From Candidatus Woesebacteria bacterium (GTDB taxonomy: Bacteria > Patescibacteriota > Microgenomatia > UBA8517), in contig CP055307.1 of assembly GCA_013374835.1 (NCBI GenBank), positions 749,304 through 813,303 of the forward strand: a stretch of 64,000 nucleotides of DNA. The letters are read 5' to 3'. Under the pieces are notes generated by a model that saw only the letters and a list, made by a program, of their open reading frames with translations, was not told the DNA's origin and did no database searches. The number at the start of each line of letters is the position of its first letter. The first letter of the stretch is position 1. The position numbers were made by a program, and so were the translations under genes. Positions 40,501 through 50,013 of this stretch are shown here, in pieces.

Positions 40501-41508
40501 ATGCAAAAAGAAATTGTAATAGCCATTATATTTGGCGGTTTTTTGGGGTTGGTTGTTGCTTTTGGGATCTGGAGAGTCAACGTATCCTTAAAAAACGAGT
40601 CCGATAAAACAAATGTCGGTAACTTAAATTCCGAGGAAATACACAACGATAAGTCAGACTTGACGCTAAGTATAAGCAGCCCTTCTGATAAATCAGTAAT
40701 GACCGAAGAGCCAGTCGAGGTAGCTGGTATAACCAAAAGCGGGGCTTTTGTACTGATTTCAGGGAATGAAGAAGATCAAATTGTAACTTCCGATAAAAAC
40801 GGAGAGTTTCGGGCACAGATCGGTTTAGTGGGTGGGATTAATCATCTGAACATACTTTCATACTCCCACTCAGACAGAAAGAGCGTTTCCTCGTCAATTA
40901 AGCTTGTGTTTTCCACGCTTTTTGATAAAGAACAAGATTCCAAATCAAACGAGTCTTCAAGTATAGAAGAAGTTGTTTCCGAAAAAATCGACAGAGCTAA
41001 AAACATGCCAAAGGCCTATTTTGGAACAATAACGGATATTTCAGAAGGGTCTATACAAATAAGATCCCAAGAGGGTGAAATAAGACAGGCGGCCATTAGC
41101 TCAGAAACAACTTATGCAAATATAGTAAAAGCTACAAAAGAAATTTCTTTCTCAGACCTTGCTATCGGAGACTTTATTGTAGCAATGGGATTAACGAATA
41201 ATAACGAGATTTTAGATGCAAAAAGAGTTCTTGTTACTACTTCTAACGGCGAGAGTGAGAAAATGCTAATTGATGCAGAAATTATCGAAAAAAACGGAAG
41301 TAAAATATCCGTTAGAAAAACAAATGGCGAGGAGATATTTTTTTCAATGAGCAAAAACAGCAGGGTTTTTCTGAAAGATAAGGATGGTGGATTTGCAAAG
41401 TCTTCGGTTTCCGAAATTGAAAGCGGTGATATTGTGCTTTGCTCTTTAATTAAAAATGAGGACACCTATGTTGCCAACTCTGTTTTTATAATCGAAAGAC
41501 CTGAGTAA
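40501..41508 (+). CDS. membrane-anchored extracytoplasmic protein of unknown function
   Basis: N-terminal TM anchor and Ig-like/beta-rich repeats. Confidence 0.45.
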   Translation: MQKEIVIAIIFGGFLGLVVAFGIWRVNVSLKNESDKTNVGNLNSEEIHNDKSDLTLSISSPSDKSVMTEEPVEVAGITKSGAFVLISGNEEDQIVTSDKNGEFRAQIGLVGGINHLNILSYSHSDRKSVSSSIKLVFSTLFDKEQDSKSNESSSIEEVVSEKIDRAKNMPKAYFGTITDISEGSIQIRSQEGEIRQAAISSETTYANIVKATKEISFSDLAIGDFIVAMGLTNNNEILDAKRVLVTTSNGESEKMLIDAEIIEKNGSKISVRKTNGEEIFFSMSKNSRVFLKDKDGGFAKSSVSEIESGDIVLCSLIKNEDTYVANSVFIIERPE

Positions 41509-41544
41509 TGTTATTTCTTCGTTTTGTGTGATAGCATAAAGCAT

Positions 41545-42771
41545 ATGAGAGGCGTAAAAAACCTTAAAGGATTTAGGGATTTCCTCCCCGAAGAGGCCAA
41601 AAAAAGAAACCTAGTTAAAAATAGATTAATCGAAATATTTGAGCTTTGGGGGTATGAACCTATTGAATCGCCTACTCTCGAGCCGCTTGAGCTTTTTGAA
41701 GGAGAGATTGGTGAAGATGAAAGGCTTTTTTATAAGTTTGAGGATTACGGTAAAAGAAAAGTGGCTCTGCGTTACGACCAGACCGTCCCTACGGTCAGAA
41801 TAATCGGACAGTATTTAAATGAGCTAATTTTTCCATTTAAACGTTATCAAATCCAAACCGTTTTCAGAGCTGAAAAACCCCAAAAAGGAAGGTACAGAGA
41901 ATTTTTACAGGCTGATATTGATATATTCGGTGTCTCCTCCCCTATTGCGGATGCCGAAGTAATCGCAGTGGGGCTTGATGTGTTTAAGCAGCTTGGTTTT
42001 AAAAATTTTAAAGCCAAGATAAATAACAGGGATTTATTGACCGGTATCCCCTATAAGGCACTATCTTCTATCGACAACCTAGCAAAAATCGGCGAAGAAG
42101 GTGTTATTGCCGATATGGTAACAAGGGGTTTTTCGAAAAAAGTAGCGATGAATTACCTCTCAAAAACCAAGAAAATGAAGCCCGACAAAAAGCTTGAAAA
42201 TGTTTTTAGATATCTTAAAAATGCCGGATTTGGTGAAGAAAATTATGAATTCAGTCCGGATATAATTAGGTCTTTTTCCTATTCCGAGGGAATTATATGG
42301 GAAATTGTTTCCAAAGATTACGGCAAGGGAGCGCTTTCTCTGGCCGGCGGAGAGCGTTACGATGGAATGGTTAAACGCATTACGGGTAAAGACATTCCTG
42401 CAACGGGCATGTCTTTTGGGTTCGACAGGATGATCGAAGCTATGGATGAGGCTAATATAACCCTAACGCAGGATAAGAAAAAAGTTTTCGTGAGTGTATT
42501 TAATAGTGATCTTTTTGAAAAATCCATGAAAGTAAGCTTGTCTTTTAGAAAGGCAGGCATTGAATCTTTTACCTATCCCGACTCGGAAACAAAGCTCGAT
42601 AAACAAATAAAATATGCCGATCAGAAAAAATATGCGTTTGTAGCAATAATCGGACCGGATGAAGAAAAGGAGGGAAAAATAGCTTTGAAAAATCTTCTTA
42701 CCGGTGAACAGGAAAGTTTAAGTATTGAAGATGCAATTAAAAAAATTAAATCATCCTCGCTGCCCCGATGA
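41545..42771 (+). CDS. hisS: histidyl-tRNA synthetase
   Basis: Class II motifs (RYDQTVPTVR, FQIQTVFRAEKPQKGRYREFLQADIDIFG) and a C-terminal anticodon-binding domain. Start moved to the ATG at 41545. Confidence 0.85.
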   Translation: MRGVKNLKGFRDFLPEEAKKRNLVKNRLIEIFELWGYEPIESPTLEPLELFEGEIGEDERLFYKFEDYGKRKVALRYDQTVPTVRIIGQYLNELIFPFKRYQIQTVFRAEKPQKGRYREFLQADIDIFGVSSPIADAEVIAVGLDVFKQLGFKNFKAKINNRDLLTGIPYKALSSIDNLAKIGEEGVIADMVTRGFSKKVAMNYLSKTKKMKPDKKLENVFRYLKNAGFGEENYEFSPDIIRSFSYSEGIIWEIVSKDYGKGALSLAGGERYDGMVKRITGKDIPATGMSFGFDRMIEAMDEANITLTQDKKKVFVSVFNSDLFEKSMKVSLSFRKAGIESFTYPDSETKLDKQIKYADQKKYAFVAIIGPDEEKEGKIALKNLLTGEQESLSIEDAIKKIKSSSLPR

Positions 42772-43685
42772 GTAAGAGAAGAATACGCGCTTATATATTG
42801 CTTTTGACGGCCACTGCTATCTGGGCAGCAGCAAGTCCAATTATAAAATTTACCCTAAGGGAAATATCCCCTCTTAATTTTCTAACTTACAGGTTTTTAA
42901 TTTCCGGAGTTATCGGTATTGTTTTTTTAATCCTTATGAAACCTAAGATTCCAAATAATAAGAAGGCTTATTTTTATCTTTTCAGTTACAGCATATTTAC
43001 AATGATCGCCCTTACGATGCTTTTTATGGGACTTGACCAAAGCCGGGTTCTTGATCTTGTGGTAGTTGATGTGCTTGGACCTTTGGTTACCGCACTGGCG
43101 GGTGCGATTTTTCTTAAAGAGCGGATAACGAGACGCGAAAAAACAGGATTGGCTATAGCTTTCAGCGGCACTTTAATAGCTATTGCGATACCATACTTGA
43201 TAAATAAAGGATTTGAGGCTTCACGGTTTAGTGGAAATATAATGTTGATTTTATTTATGATACTTGACACAGGCTCTTACATTCTTGCCAAAGAAGCTGT
43301 CAGAAATAAAATAGGGCCTGCTACTTTAGTCAATGTTACTTTTATAATACTTTTTTTATTTTTCGTACCACTAAACTATTTTATCAAAGGGGGTGAGTTT
43401 TTTTTGCATGAGAGCCTGAATTTGTCTGTTTACGGGCATTTGGGTGTAGCTTATATGGCGATCCTTTCAGGAACAGTTGCTTACACACTTTGGGCTGCCG
43501 GACAAAAAACTATTGAGGTAAGCGAAGCTTCTTTGTTTAGATATTTGTATCCTACTTTTTCAGCCCCACTTGCAGTTATCTGGCTTAGGGAAGAAATTAA
43601 CGGATATTTTTTGGTAGGTGCAGTACTAATTCTTATTGGTGTAATTTTGGCCGAATATAAAAAACACAAAAAACAATCTATTTGA
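42768..43685 (+). CDS. EamA/DMT-family transporter
   Basis: Ten TM helices in two EamA repeats. Confidence 0.7.
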   Translation: MSKRRIRAYILLLTATAIWAAASPIIKFTLREISPLNFLTYRFLISGVIGIVFLILMKPKIPNNKKAYFYLFSYSIFTMIALTMLFMGLDQSRVLDLVVVDVLGPLVTALAGAIFLKERITRREKTGLAIAFSGTLIAIAIPYLINKGFEASRFSGNIMLILFMILDTGSYILAKEAVRNKIGPATLVNVTFIILFLFFVPLNYFIKGGEFFLHESLNLSVYGHLGVAYMAILSGTVAYTLWAAGQKTIEVSEASLFRYLYPTFSAPLAVIWLREEINGYFLVGAVLILIGVILAEYKKHKKQSI

Positions 43686-43719
43686 ACTGATCAAATAAAA
43701 TTGCTATAATCATAAGCTT

Positions 43720-44067
43720 ATGAAAGCAAAAATTCATCCAAAATGGTATCCTGAGGCTATAGTAAAATGTGCTTGCGGGAATGTTTTTACTGTTGGCGCA
43801 CCCTACCCCGAGATAGAAGTGGAAATCTGCAGTAAATGCCACCCTTTTTACACGGGGCAAATGAAATACGTTGATACCGCTGGGCGTGTGGACGCTTTTA
43901 AAAGCAAGCAGTCAAGGGCGGACTCAAATAACTTATCGAAAGCAAAACGAAGAGCGATTAAGCGCGCCAAGAGAATTAGTGAGGAAATGAAAAGGCCGGA
44001 GTCTCTTTCCGAGCTGAGATCTTCAAAATCAAAAATTCTTTCCAAAAAGAAATCGAAGAAAAATTAG
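43720..44067 (+). CDS. rpmE: 50S ribosomal protein L31 with Lys-rich C-terminal extension
   Basis: [10 protein letters not shown]...CxC...[10 protein letters not shown] zinc-ribbon L31 core of about 65 aa, plus a basic tail of about 50 aa. Confidence 0.8.
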   Translation: MKAKIHPKWYPEAIVKCACGNVFTVGAPYPEIEVEICSKCHPFYTGQMKYVDTAGRVDAFKSKQSRADSNNLSKAKRRAIKRAKRISEEMKRPESLSELRSSKSKILSKKKSKKN

Positions 44068-44077
44068 AGAGGTTTTT

Positions 44078-44764
44078 ATGCAGACTGTTTACGTTGAAGT
44101 GCGAGGAGGAGCCGGCGGTGATGAAGCAAAAATTTGGGCATCGGATCTTTTGCGGATGTATTTTAGATATGCAAGCAACAAAGGGTTTAAAGTATCACAG
44201 ATTGATGAAAACACCCTTAAAATAAGTGGCGAAGGCGTTTATGAGCTTTTAAAAAACGAGACCGGTGTTCATAGAGTACAAAGAATTCCAGCTACCGAAA
44301 AAAGAGGGCGGATACACACTTCAACTGCAACAATTGCTGTTCTACCCGAGATTGCTCAGGATGAAATTTATATTAATCCAAACGATCTTGAAATATCTTT
44401 TTTCAGATCAGGAGGACATGGGGGACAAAATGTAAATAAAGTATCAACTGCCGTAAGGATTGTTCATAAGCCTACAGGAATAGTTGTAACAAGCCAGCAG
44501 GAAAGGACGCAGGAGCAGAACCGCGCGATTGCAATAGATCTTCTTCGAAGCAAGCTTTGGGAGATTGAAGAGAAAAAAAAAGCAAGTGCCCTAGCCTCAC
44601 ACAGAGCCAGTATTGGGAGGGCAATGAGGGCTGAAAAAATTAGGACTTATAACTTCCCCAGAAATCAAGTAAAAGATCACCGTGTAAACAAATCTTTTAG
44701 TAACATAGAAAATATACTAAACGGCGGGATAGATAAAATTTTAGAAGTTACTTCCGAAATATAA
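44078..44764 (+). CDS. prfA: peptide chain release factor 1 lacking N-terminal domain 1 (228 aa)
   Basis: RVQRIPATE (the PxT tripeptide PAT, specific to RF1) and the GGQ motif SGGHGGQNVNK. The protein starts at the equivalent of domain 2. The upstream gene ends 10 bp before it. Confidence 0.7.
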   Translation: MQTVYVEVRGGAGGDEAKIWASDLLRMYFRYASNKGFKVSQIDENTLKISGEGVYELLKNETGVHRVQRIPATEKRGRIHTSTATIAVLPEIAQDEIYINPNDLEISFFRSGGHGGQNVNKVSTAVRIVHKPTGIVVTSQQERTQEQNRAIAIDLLRSKLWEIEEKKKASALASHRASIGRAMRAEKIRTYNFPRNQVKDHRVNKSFSNIENILNGGIDKILEVTSEI

Positions 44765-44779
44765 AGTTGTTGTCTAAGC

Positions 44780-45934
44780 TTATTTAGAAGAATCGGAAAG
44801 AGTAGCTTCTACTTCCAGCGTTTCACCGTTTCTCCACAACTTTATCTTTACCCTATCGCCCGCTTTGTATTTTCCTATTTCATTGGCAAGGCCGTTTTCG
44901 CTATCGTCCACTTTTTGACCGTTAAATTCTGTTATTATATCGTCGATTTTAATGCCCGCCGACTGCGCCGGTGAACCCATAACAACATCAACTACATAAG
45001 CGCCTTGAGGAACGTCATTTAATATTGCCGTTTGCTTTGAAATCATCTGATAACGAACACCAAGAAAAGGTTTTGATGCGAATTGTCCGGTCTTATTGAA
45101 TTGATCCAAACCTTCTTTAACTACCTTTATGGGTATTGCAAAGCCTATGTTTTCGGCTCCTTGAGCAACTGCGACATTAACTCCTATTACCTGACCTGCG
45201 GAATTTAAAAGCGGCCCCCCTGAGTTTCCGGGATTTATCGCAGCGTCGGTTTGGATTACATCGTCAATCCTTTCTACATAGCCTTCAAAAGCACTTCCTG
45301 CCACAATTCCGCGGCCAAGACCCGAAATTACGCCCGTTGTAACGGTGTGTCTGAATTCCCCAAGTGCGGTCCCAATAGCAATAACAAATTGCCCTACTTT
45401 AAGATTTTCCGAATCTCCTAATTCTACAGGCTTTAAGCCGCTTGCGTTTATTCTTATAATCGCAACGTCGTTTACGGGGTCTTTTTTAATTTCTTCAACA
45501 GAATACTCTTTTCCATCTTTAGTAACCACTTTATATTCTACGTTTTCCTGGGACACTACATGTTTATTTGTAATGATTAATCCGTCGCTTGAAACTATAA
45601 ACCCGCTTCCTATGTCTTGAGGAGTGCCGCCTTCAATTCTCGAACGAAAGCCCTCAAAGGGATTAAACTCAAGCACTCTTCTGCTTGGAGTTTTGATCGT
45701 TACGGTTACCACAGATGGTGATACTTTTTCAGCAACATCTATTACTGCTGATTCTTCCGTAAGAATTTTTCTTTCTATCGAACCGAGACTGTGGGTGTCT
45801 ACGGTACGCTCTATGAAATAGTCAAGTGGTTTGATACCAAAAAACCTATCTGCCAATGCACCCGTTACCGCTATTGCGAGAAAGACAACACTCAAAAGTA
45901 TCCCCAGTAAAAAACTTTTAAAATTAAATCTCAT
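44780..45934 (-). CDS. HtrA/DegP-family serine protease with PDZ domain
   Basis: Catalytic GNSGGPLLN and a C-terminal PDZ domain. N-terminal TM anchor. Confidence 0.85.
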   Translation of the reverse strand: MRFNFKSFLLGILLSVVFLAIAVTGALADRFFGIKPLDYFIERTVDTHSLGSIERKILTEESAVIDVAEKVSPSVVTVTIKTPSRRVLEFNPFEGFRSRIEGGTPQDIGSGFIVSSDGLIITNKHVVSQENVEYKVVTKDGKEYSVEEIKKDPVNDVAIIRINASGLKPVELGDSENLKVGQFVIAIGTALGEFRHTVTTGVISGLGRGIVAGSAFEGYVERIDDVIQTDAAINPGNSGGPLLNSAGQVIGVNVAVAQGAENIGFAIPIKVVKEGLDQFNKTGQFASKPFLGVRYQMISKQTAILNDVPQGAYVVDVVMGSPAQSAGIKIDDIITEFNGQKVDDSENGLANEIGKYKAGDRVKIKLWRNGETLEVEATLSDSSK

Positions 45935-47177
45935 TAATTATTAATTTTAACGTTTCAGTCAAGACTTCGTCTTCTTGTGTTTCTAAGTTATCTTCTATGA
46001 TTACGTCTGGGTTAAGGCCTGTTTCATTTACCCAGAATTTGTTTGGCGTAAGCCAGCGCGCAATCGTAATATGAAGTCCTGACCCATCCTCTATAGATAT
46101 TGGCTCTTGAATAGTACCTTTTCCAAAAGTTTTTTGGCCAACAAGTGTTGCACCAAACTGATCTTTTAGTGCACCTGCAAGAATTTCCGATGCCGAAGCC
46201 GAGCCGTTGTTGATGAGCACAAAAACCGGGTATCTTTCAAGTCTTGGTATTTTTTCGTTTTTAAACTCTTTTGTTTGCCCTGTGGCATCCTCTTCTATAA
46301 CTATCGTATCTCCGTTTTCCAGAAAATCCGAAGCTATATAAACTGCAGCTTGTAGGTAGCCTCCCCCATTGTTTCTTACATCAAGTATAATTGCTTTTAT
46401 GTTTTTGTTTTTTTGAATTTCGTAAACCGCCTTATCCCATTCAGCTGAAGTCTCACCACCGAATTTATAAAGTTTGACATGAGCTATCTCCTTATCATCC
46501 CCAACATATTCCAGAACGACGCTTGGGATGTTAATTCTTTCCCTAACTACATCTACTAATAATGCATCCTCTCTTCCTTCTCGAAGAATTGCAAGCGTTA
46601 CTTTGGAGCCTGCAGGGCCTCTAATATCTTGGACCGCCTGAGGAAGTGTAATGCCTGATGTTGATTTGTCAATATTTTTATTTTCGTCTTTAATGCCGAT
46701 AATAAAGTCACCAGCTTTAATACCCGCTTTCTCTGCCGGAGAGCCCGGTAATGGTGAGATTACCGCAAGCTGATTCCCTCGATAGCCGATTTCAATGCCT
46801 ATTCCTTCAAAATTTCCTTGGAGATCTTCTTTTACCACTTTATTTTCGCCTGGAGTGAGGAAAGCCGTATAAGGATCACCAAGAGATGAAACCATTCCCT
46901 TAATCGCGCCATAGATCATTTCGGAATACACAATTTTTGATTTATCAAAATAGCTTGCTTCTAGCATATCCCACACCTGCCAAAAAAGATCGAAATTTAC
47001 ATCTTTGTTCTCAGGGATATTCCTTTGAATTACCGCATTTTCGATTGGATTATTGTTTTTAACCTGTTTTGCTCCCAAAAAAAATCCGGATGAAAATACA
47101 GCAATAAAAAAAATCAAAAAAAGAAGAATATTTCTTAATCTTAAAACAGTAATTTTTGGCAGAAAGTTTATTTTCAT
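45924..47177 (-). CDS. S41 C-terminal processing peptidase
   Basis: PDZ domain plus the GSASASEILAGALKD S41 catalytic region. Confidence 0.85.
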   Translation of the reverse strand: MKINFLPKITVLRLRNILLFLIFFIAVFSSGFFLGAKQVKNNNPIENAVIQRNIPENKDVNFDLFWQVWDMLEASYFDKSKIVYSEMIYGAIKGMVSSLGDPYTAFLTPGENKVVKEDLQGNFEGIGIEIGYRGNQLAVISPLPGSPAEKAGIKAGDFIIGIKDENKNIDKSTSGITLPQAVQDIRGPAGSKVTLAILREGREDALLVDVVRERINIPSVVLEYVGDDKEIAHVKLYKFGGETSAEWDKAVYEIQKNKNIKAIILDVRNNGGGYLQAAVYIASDFLENGDTIVIEEDATGQTKEFKNEKIPRLERYPVFVLINNGSASASEILAGALKDQFGATLVGQKTFGKGTIQEPISIEDGSGLHITIARWLTPNKFWVNETGLNPDVIIEDNLETQEDEVLTETLKLIINEI

Positions 47178-47188
47178 TTCTAGGTGGG

Positions 47189-47401
47189 TTAGAGCTCGGG
47201 TTTATAAGGAAGAAGGCCAAGAAATCTAGCTCTTTTAATCTCTCTTGAAAGAATTCTTTGTTTTTTGGCGCTTAGACCTGACCTTTTTGCTGGAATTATT
47301 CTTGCCCTTTCTGTAAGAAATTTTGAGAGCTCTTTATAATCCTTGTAGGAAAAATTTTCAGGAAGAGTTAGTTTTTTTCTTTTGGGTTCAACTTTTTGCA
47401 T
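47189..47401 (-). CDS. rpsR: 30S ribosomal protein S18
   Basis: [31 protein letters not shown]. Confidence 0.85.
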   Translation of the reverse strand: MQKVEPKRKKLTLPENFSYKDYKELSKFLTERARIIPAKRSGLSAKKQRILSREIKRARFLGLLPYKPEL

Positions 47402-47406
47402 ATTTT

Positions 47407-47922
47407 TTAAAAAGGAATATCTTCTTCGCCGGGTTCGTCGGATTTTTCAGAGTTTTTTTTGGTTTCTGTGTCTTTTGGTTCTTCTTCTTTTTTCTTATCT
47501 TCATCCTCCAAATTCGACTCAAAATCCTCTGGAAGATCTATTTCCTCTTCCGAAGGTTCCGTGACTTGGTAATCGGGCGAGTCGTCTCTTGCCCTGTCAA
47601 GAAGGAGCATGTCAGAGATTACTATTTCTGTGGTTGTGCGCTTTACTCCGTCTTGTCCTGCCCATTGGCGGTTTTGGATTCTTCCTTCGACAAAAACTTT
47701 TTTGCCTTTTGAAAGCATTTGGGAACAAATTTCAGCTAATTTATCCCAAGCTACAACTCTATGAAAGTCCGCTTCGTCCCTAAGATCTCCTGAATCCGTT
47801 TTCCATTGCCTATTGGTCGCCACGGTAAAGGTACAAACCGCAGTTCCTTGCGGTGTATAACGAAGTTCCGGGTCCCTTGTAAGATTGCCTATTAACTGTG
47901 CCTTGTTCAAACTCCTAGCCAT
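47407..47922 (-). CDS. ssb: single-stranded DNA-binding protein
   Basis: OB fold ([17 protein letters not shown]...), an acidic tail and the C-terminal DIPF motif. Confidence 0.9.
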   Translation of the reverse strand: MARSLNKAQLIGNLTRDPELRYTPQGTAVCTFTVATNRQWKTDSGDLRDEADFHRVVAWDKLAEICSQMLSKGKKVFVEGRIQNRQWAGQDGVKRTTTEIVISDMLLLDRARDDSPDYQVTEPSEEEIDLPEDFESNLEDEDKKKEEEPKDTETKKNSEKSDEPGEEDIPF

Positions 47923-47924
47923 AT

Positions 47925-48212
47925 CTATTTTTCAAGTTTTATTAGCAAATGTCTTAATATATCTTCTTCAAGCTTAAATTTACTGGGCAATTGTTTTGCC
48001 GCCTTTGGATCTAATTCTAAAGTAAATATTAAAAAAAGACCAGAGTCTTTTTTCTTTATGGGATAAACAAACTCTTTAATACCCCAATCAAGCGTTGATA
48101 GAACTTTTCCTTCAAAAACTGTAACTATTTTTGAAATCTTTTCCTCAAACGCCTTCTTTTTGACGGGAGTTGTTTTGCTATCCAAAATTACTACTAATTC
48201 ATACTTAGCCAT
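47925..48212 (-). CDS. rpsF: 30S ribosomal protein S6
   Basis: MAKYELVVILD... first gene of the rpsF-ssb-rpsR operon. Confidence 0.8.
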   Translation of the reverse strand: MAKYELVVILDSKTTPVKKKAFEEKISKIVTVFEGKVLSTLDWGIKEFVYPIKKKDSGLFLIFTLELDPKAAKQLPSKFKLEEDILRHLLIKLEK

Positions 48213-48273
48213 ATGAGAGTGAGTATATCATAAACTTTTCAAAAAAGGAAAATTAATGTAATATATACACCCT

Positions 48274-48555
48274 ATGCCCGAAAGAACATTGCTACATCAG
48301 AATTACTTTTTAGAACGCGTACCTTTTACAAACAGCAGTCCTCGTTGTAAAAAAAATGACGAATTACCGTCACCGAGCAATCCACTTGGCGACGACAAAA
48401 ACAAACAAAAGCCCAAGTATTTATATGGAGAATATCATTTTCAAGATCCTTATTATATAAAAGAGGTCGGCTTTGATCAGTGGTTTAAGGATTATGCAGA
48501 ATGGTTTGAAGCATATCAGCGAAGATCGGGTGATAATGAAAGAAAGGATATCTAA
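48274..48555 (+). CDS. hypothetical protein (weak)
   Basis: 93-aa ORF in an otherwise intergenic gap. No Shine-Dalgarno and no recognisable family. Confidence 0.25.
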   Translation: MPERTLLHQNYFLERVPFTNSSPRCKKNDELPSPSNPLGDDKNKQKPKYLYGEYHFQDPYYIKEVGFDQWFKDYAEWFEAYQRRSGDNERKDI

Positions 48556-49655
48556 GGGCTGATTTTGAATTCTACAACGTCACCATCTTTTATTTCGTAC
48601 TCTTTTCCTTCCGATCTCACCCTCCCCTTCTCTCTAGCGTTTTTCCACCCTCCTAAGGCTACAAATTCATCAGATTTTACGACATCTGCTTTAATAAACT
48701 TTTTTTCAAAGTCCGTGTGAATTACGGAGCTTGCCCTGACGGCTGGGGTGCCAGACGGAATGGTCCATGCTCGAACCTCTTTTTCCCCGGCAGTCAGAAA
48801 GGTAATCAAGCCAAGCATTTTGAAAGCTTTTTGGATCAACCTTTCAAGACCTGCCTCCTTTATTCCCAAATCCTCAAGGTACTCTCTCTGGTCAGAATCC
48901 GAAAGACTGTAAAGTTCGAATTCTATCTTGGCAGAAACTGCCACAATTTGTGATGGATGAACCCCAATTTCTTTTGCGAATGCCAACTCGAGCTTATTGC
49001 CTTCACGCAAGTCTTCTTCAGAGACATTAAGACAAATCAATATCGGCTTTGAAGTTAGAAGTGATAACTGCTTTGCGTACTTTTGTTCTTCGTCCGACAA
49101 CTCGACTTCTCGCGCGGGAATTCCTTGCGAAATCGCCTCTTTCAGCTTTGTCACAACTTTCCACCAGCCAAGAAGCTCTCTGTCGGAAGTGTTACCGGGA
49201 TCCTTCTGCTTTTCTAGGGTTTGCAAATCAGCCAGTTTAAGTTCCGTTTCTATTGTTTCAAAATCCGTTTTGGGATCAACTGTCCCCTCCTTTACAACAT
49301 CCGGGTCGGAAAAAGCCCGAACGACGTGGCAAATTACATCAACTTCACGGATATGAGACAAAAATTTATTTCCGAGCCCTTCACCCTTATGAGCCCCTGA
49401 AATTAAACCCGCTATATCAATAAACTCAACCGTCGCGGGGACTTCCGGTGGCAGTTGGTCCAGACTTTCTGATTCCTTAACAACTTCAGCCAACCTCCCC
49501 AATCGGGCATCAGGGACCGGCACAATGCCAATATTCGGCTCAATTGTGGCAAATGGAAAGTTGGCCACATACGCTTGTTGTCTTTTTAAAAGCGCGTTGA
49601 AAAGCGTTGACTTGCCAACGTTAGGCAAGCCCACAATACCGACCGATAGGTTCAT
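48552..49655 (-). CDS. ychF: ribosome-binding ATPase YchF (Obg-family GTPase)
   Basis: G1 motif GIVGLPNVGKSTLFNAL and a C-terminal TGS domain. Confidence 0.9.
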   Translation of the reverse strand: MNLSVGIVGLPNVGKSTLFNALLKRQQAYVANFPFATIEPNIGIVPVPDARLGRLAEVVKESESLDQLPPEVPATVEFIDIAGLISGAHKGEGLGNKFLSHIREVDVICHVVRAFSDPDVVKEGTVDPKTDFETIETELKLADLQTLEKQKDPGNTSDRELLGWWKVVTKLKEAISQGIPAREVELSDEEQKYAKQLSLLTSKPILICLNVSEEDLREGNKLELAFAKEIGVHPSQIVAVSAKIEFELYSLSDSDQREYLEDLGIKEAGLERLIQKAFKMLGLITFLTAGEKEVRAWTIPSGTPAVRASSVIHTDFEKKFIKADVVKSDEFVALGGWKNAREKGRVRSEGKEYEIKDGDVVEFKISP

Positions 49656-49790
49656 GTCCCAACTTCTCGGTGGAAGTCAAACTTAGTTGTGGTAGTGGAA
49701 TGTGACATAAGACTTCTACCTCACTCCTTTCTTTTATAATTACTTTCTCTATTATATCTCGAATGAAGTTCTTTTTGTCATAGAGTTCCA
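49639..49790 (-). promoter_or_regulatory. ychF promoter/leader module, copy 1 of a 142-bp direct repeat (-35 TGACAA, 18 nt, -10 TATAAT; SD; 18-codon uORF; 10-bp-stem hairpin)
   Basis: About 93% identical to 53402-53545. On the minus strand, -35 is at 49775-49780 and -10 at 49751-49756. The uORF MSHSTTTTKFDFHREVGT spans 49708-49652, and its TGA overlaps the ychF ATG. Confidence 0.55.
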
Positions 49791-50013
49791 GGCTTTTAAT
49801 GACCTTCTATTAGAACTATTTTAATATCAGTGGATCTTTGACCTGCCTCATCAAACTCAAAGTCAACATAAATTTCCTTGATCTGTTTTGACTGGAAATA
49901 ATTCAAAAACTGTAAGCACGTTTGTACATCTTGGTACAAAAATCCCCTTCTAGTAGCAAATATTGTCGACATATCATCCTATCCTGTATGCACTACTTAT
50001 AATTGCATTAAAA

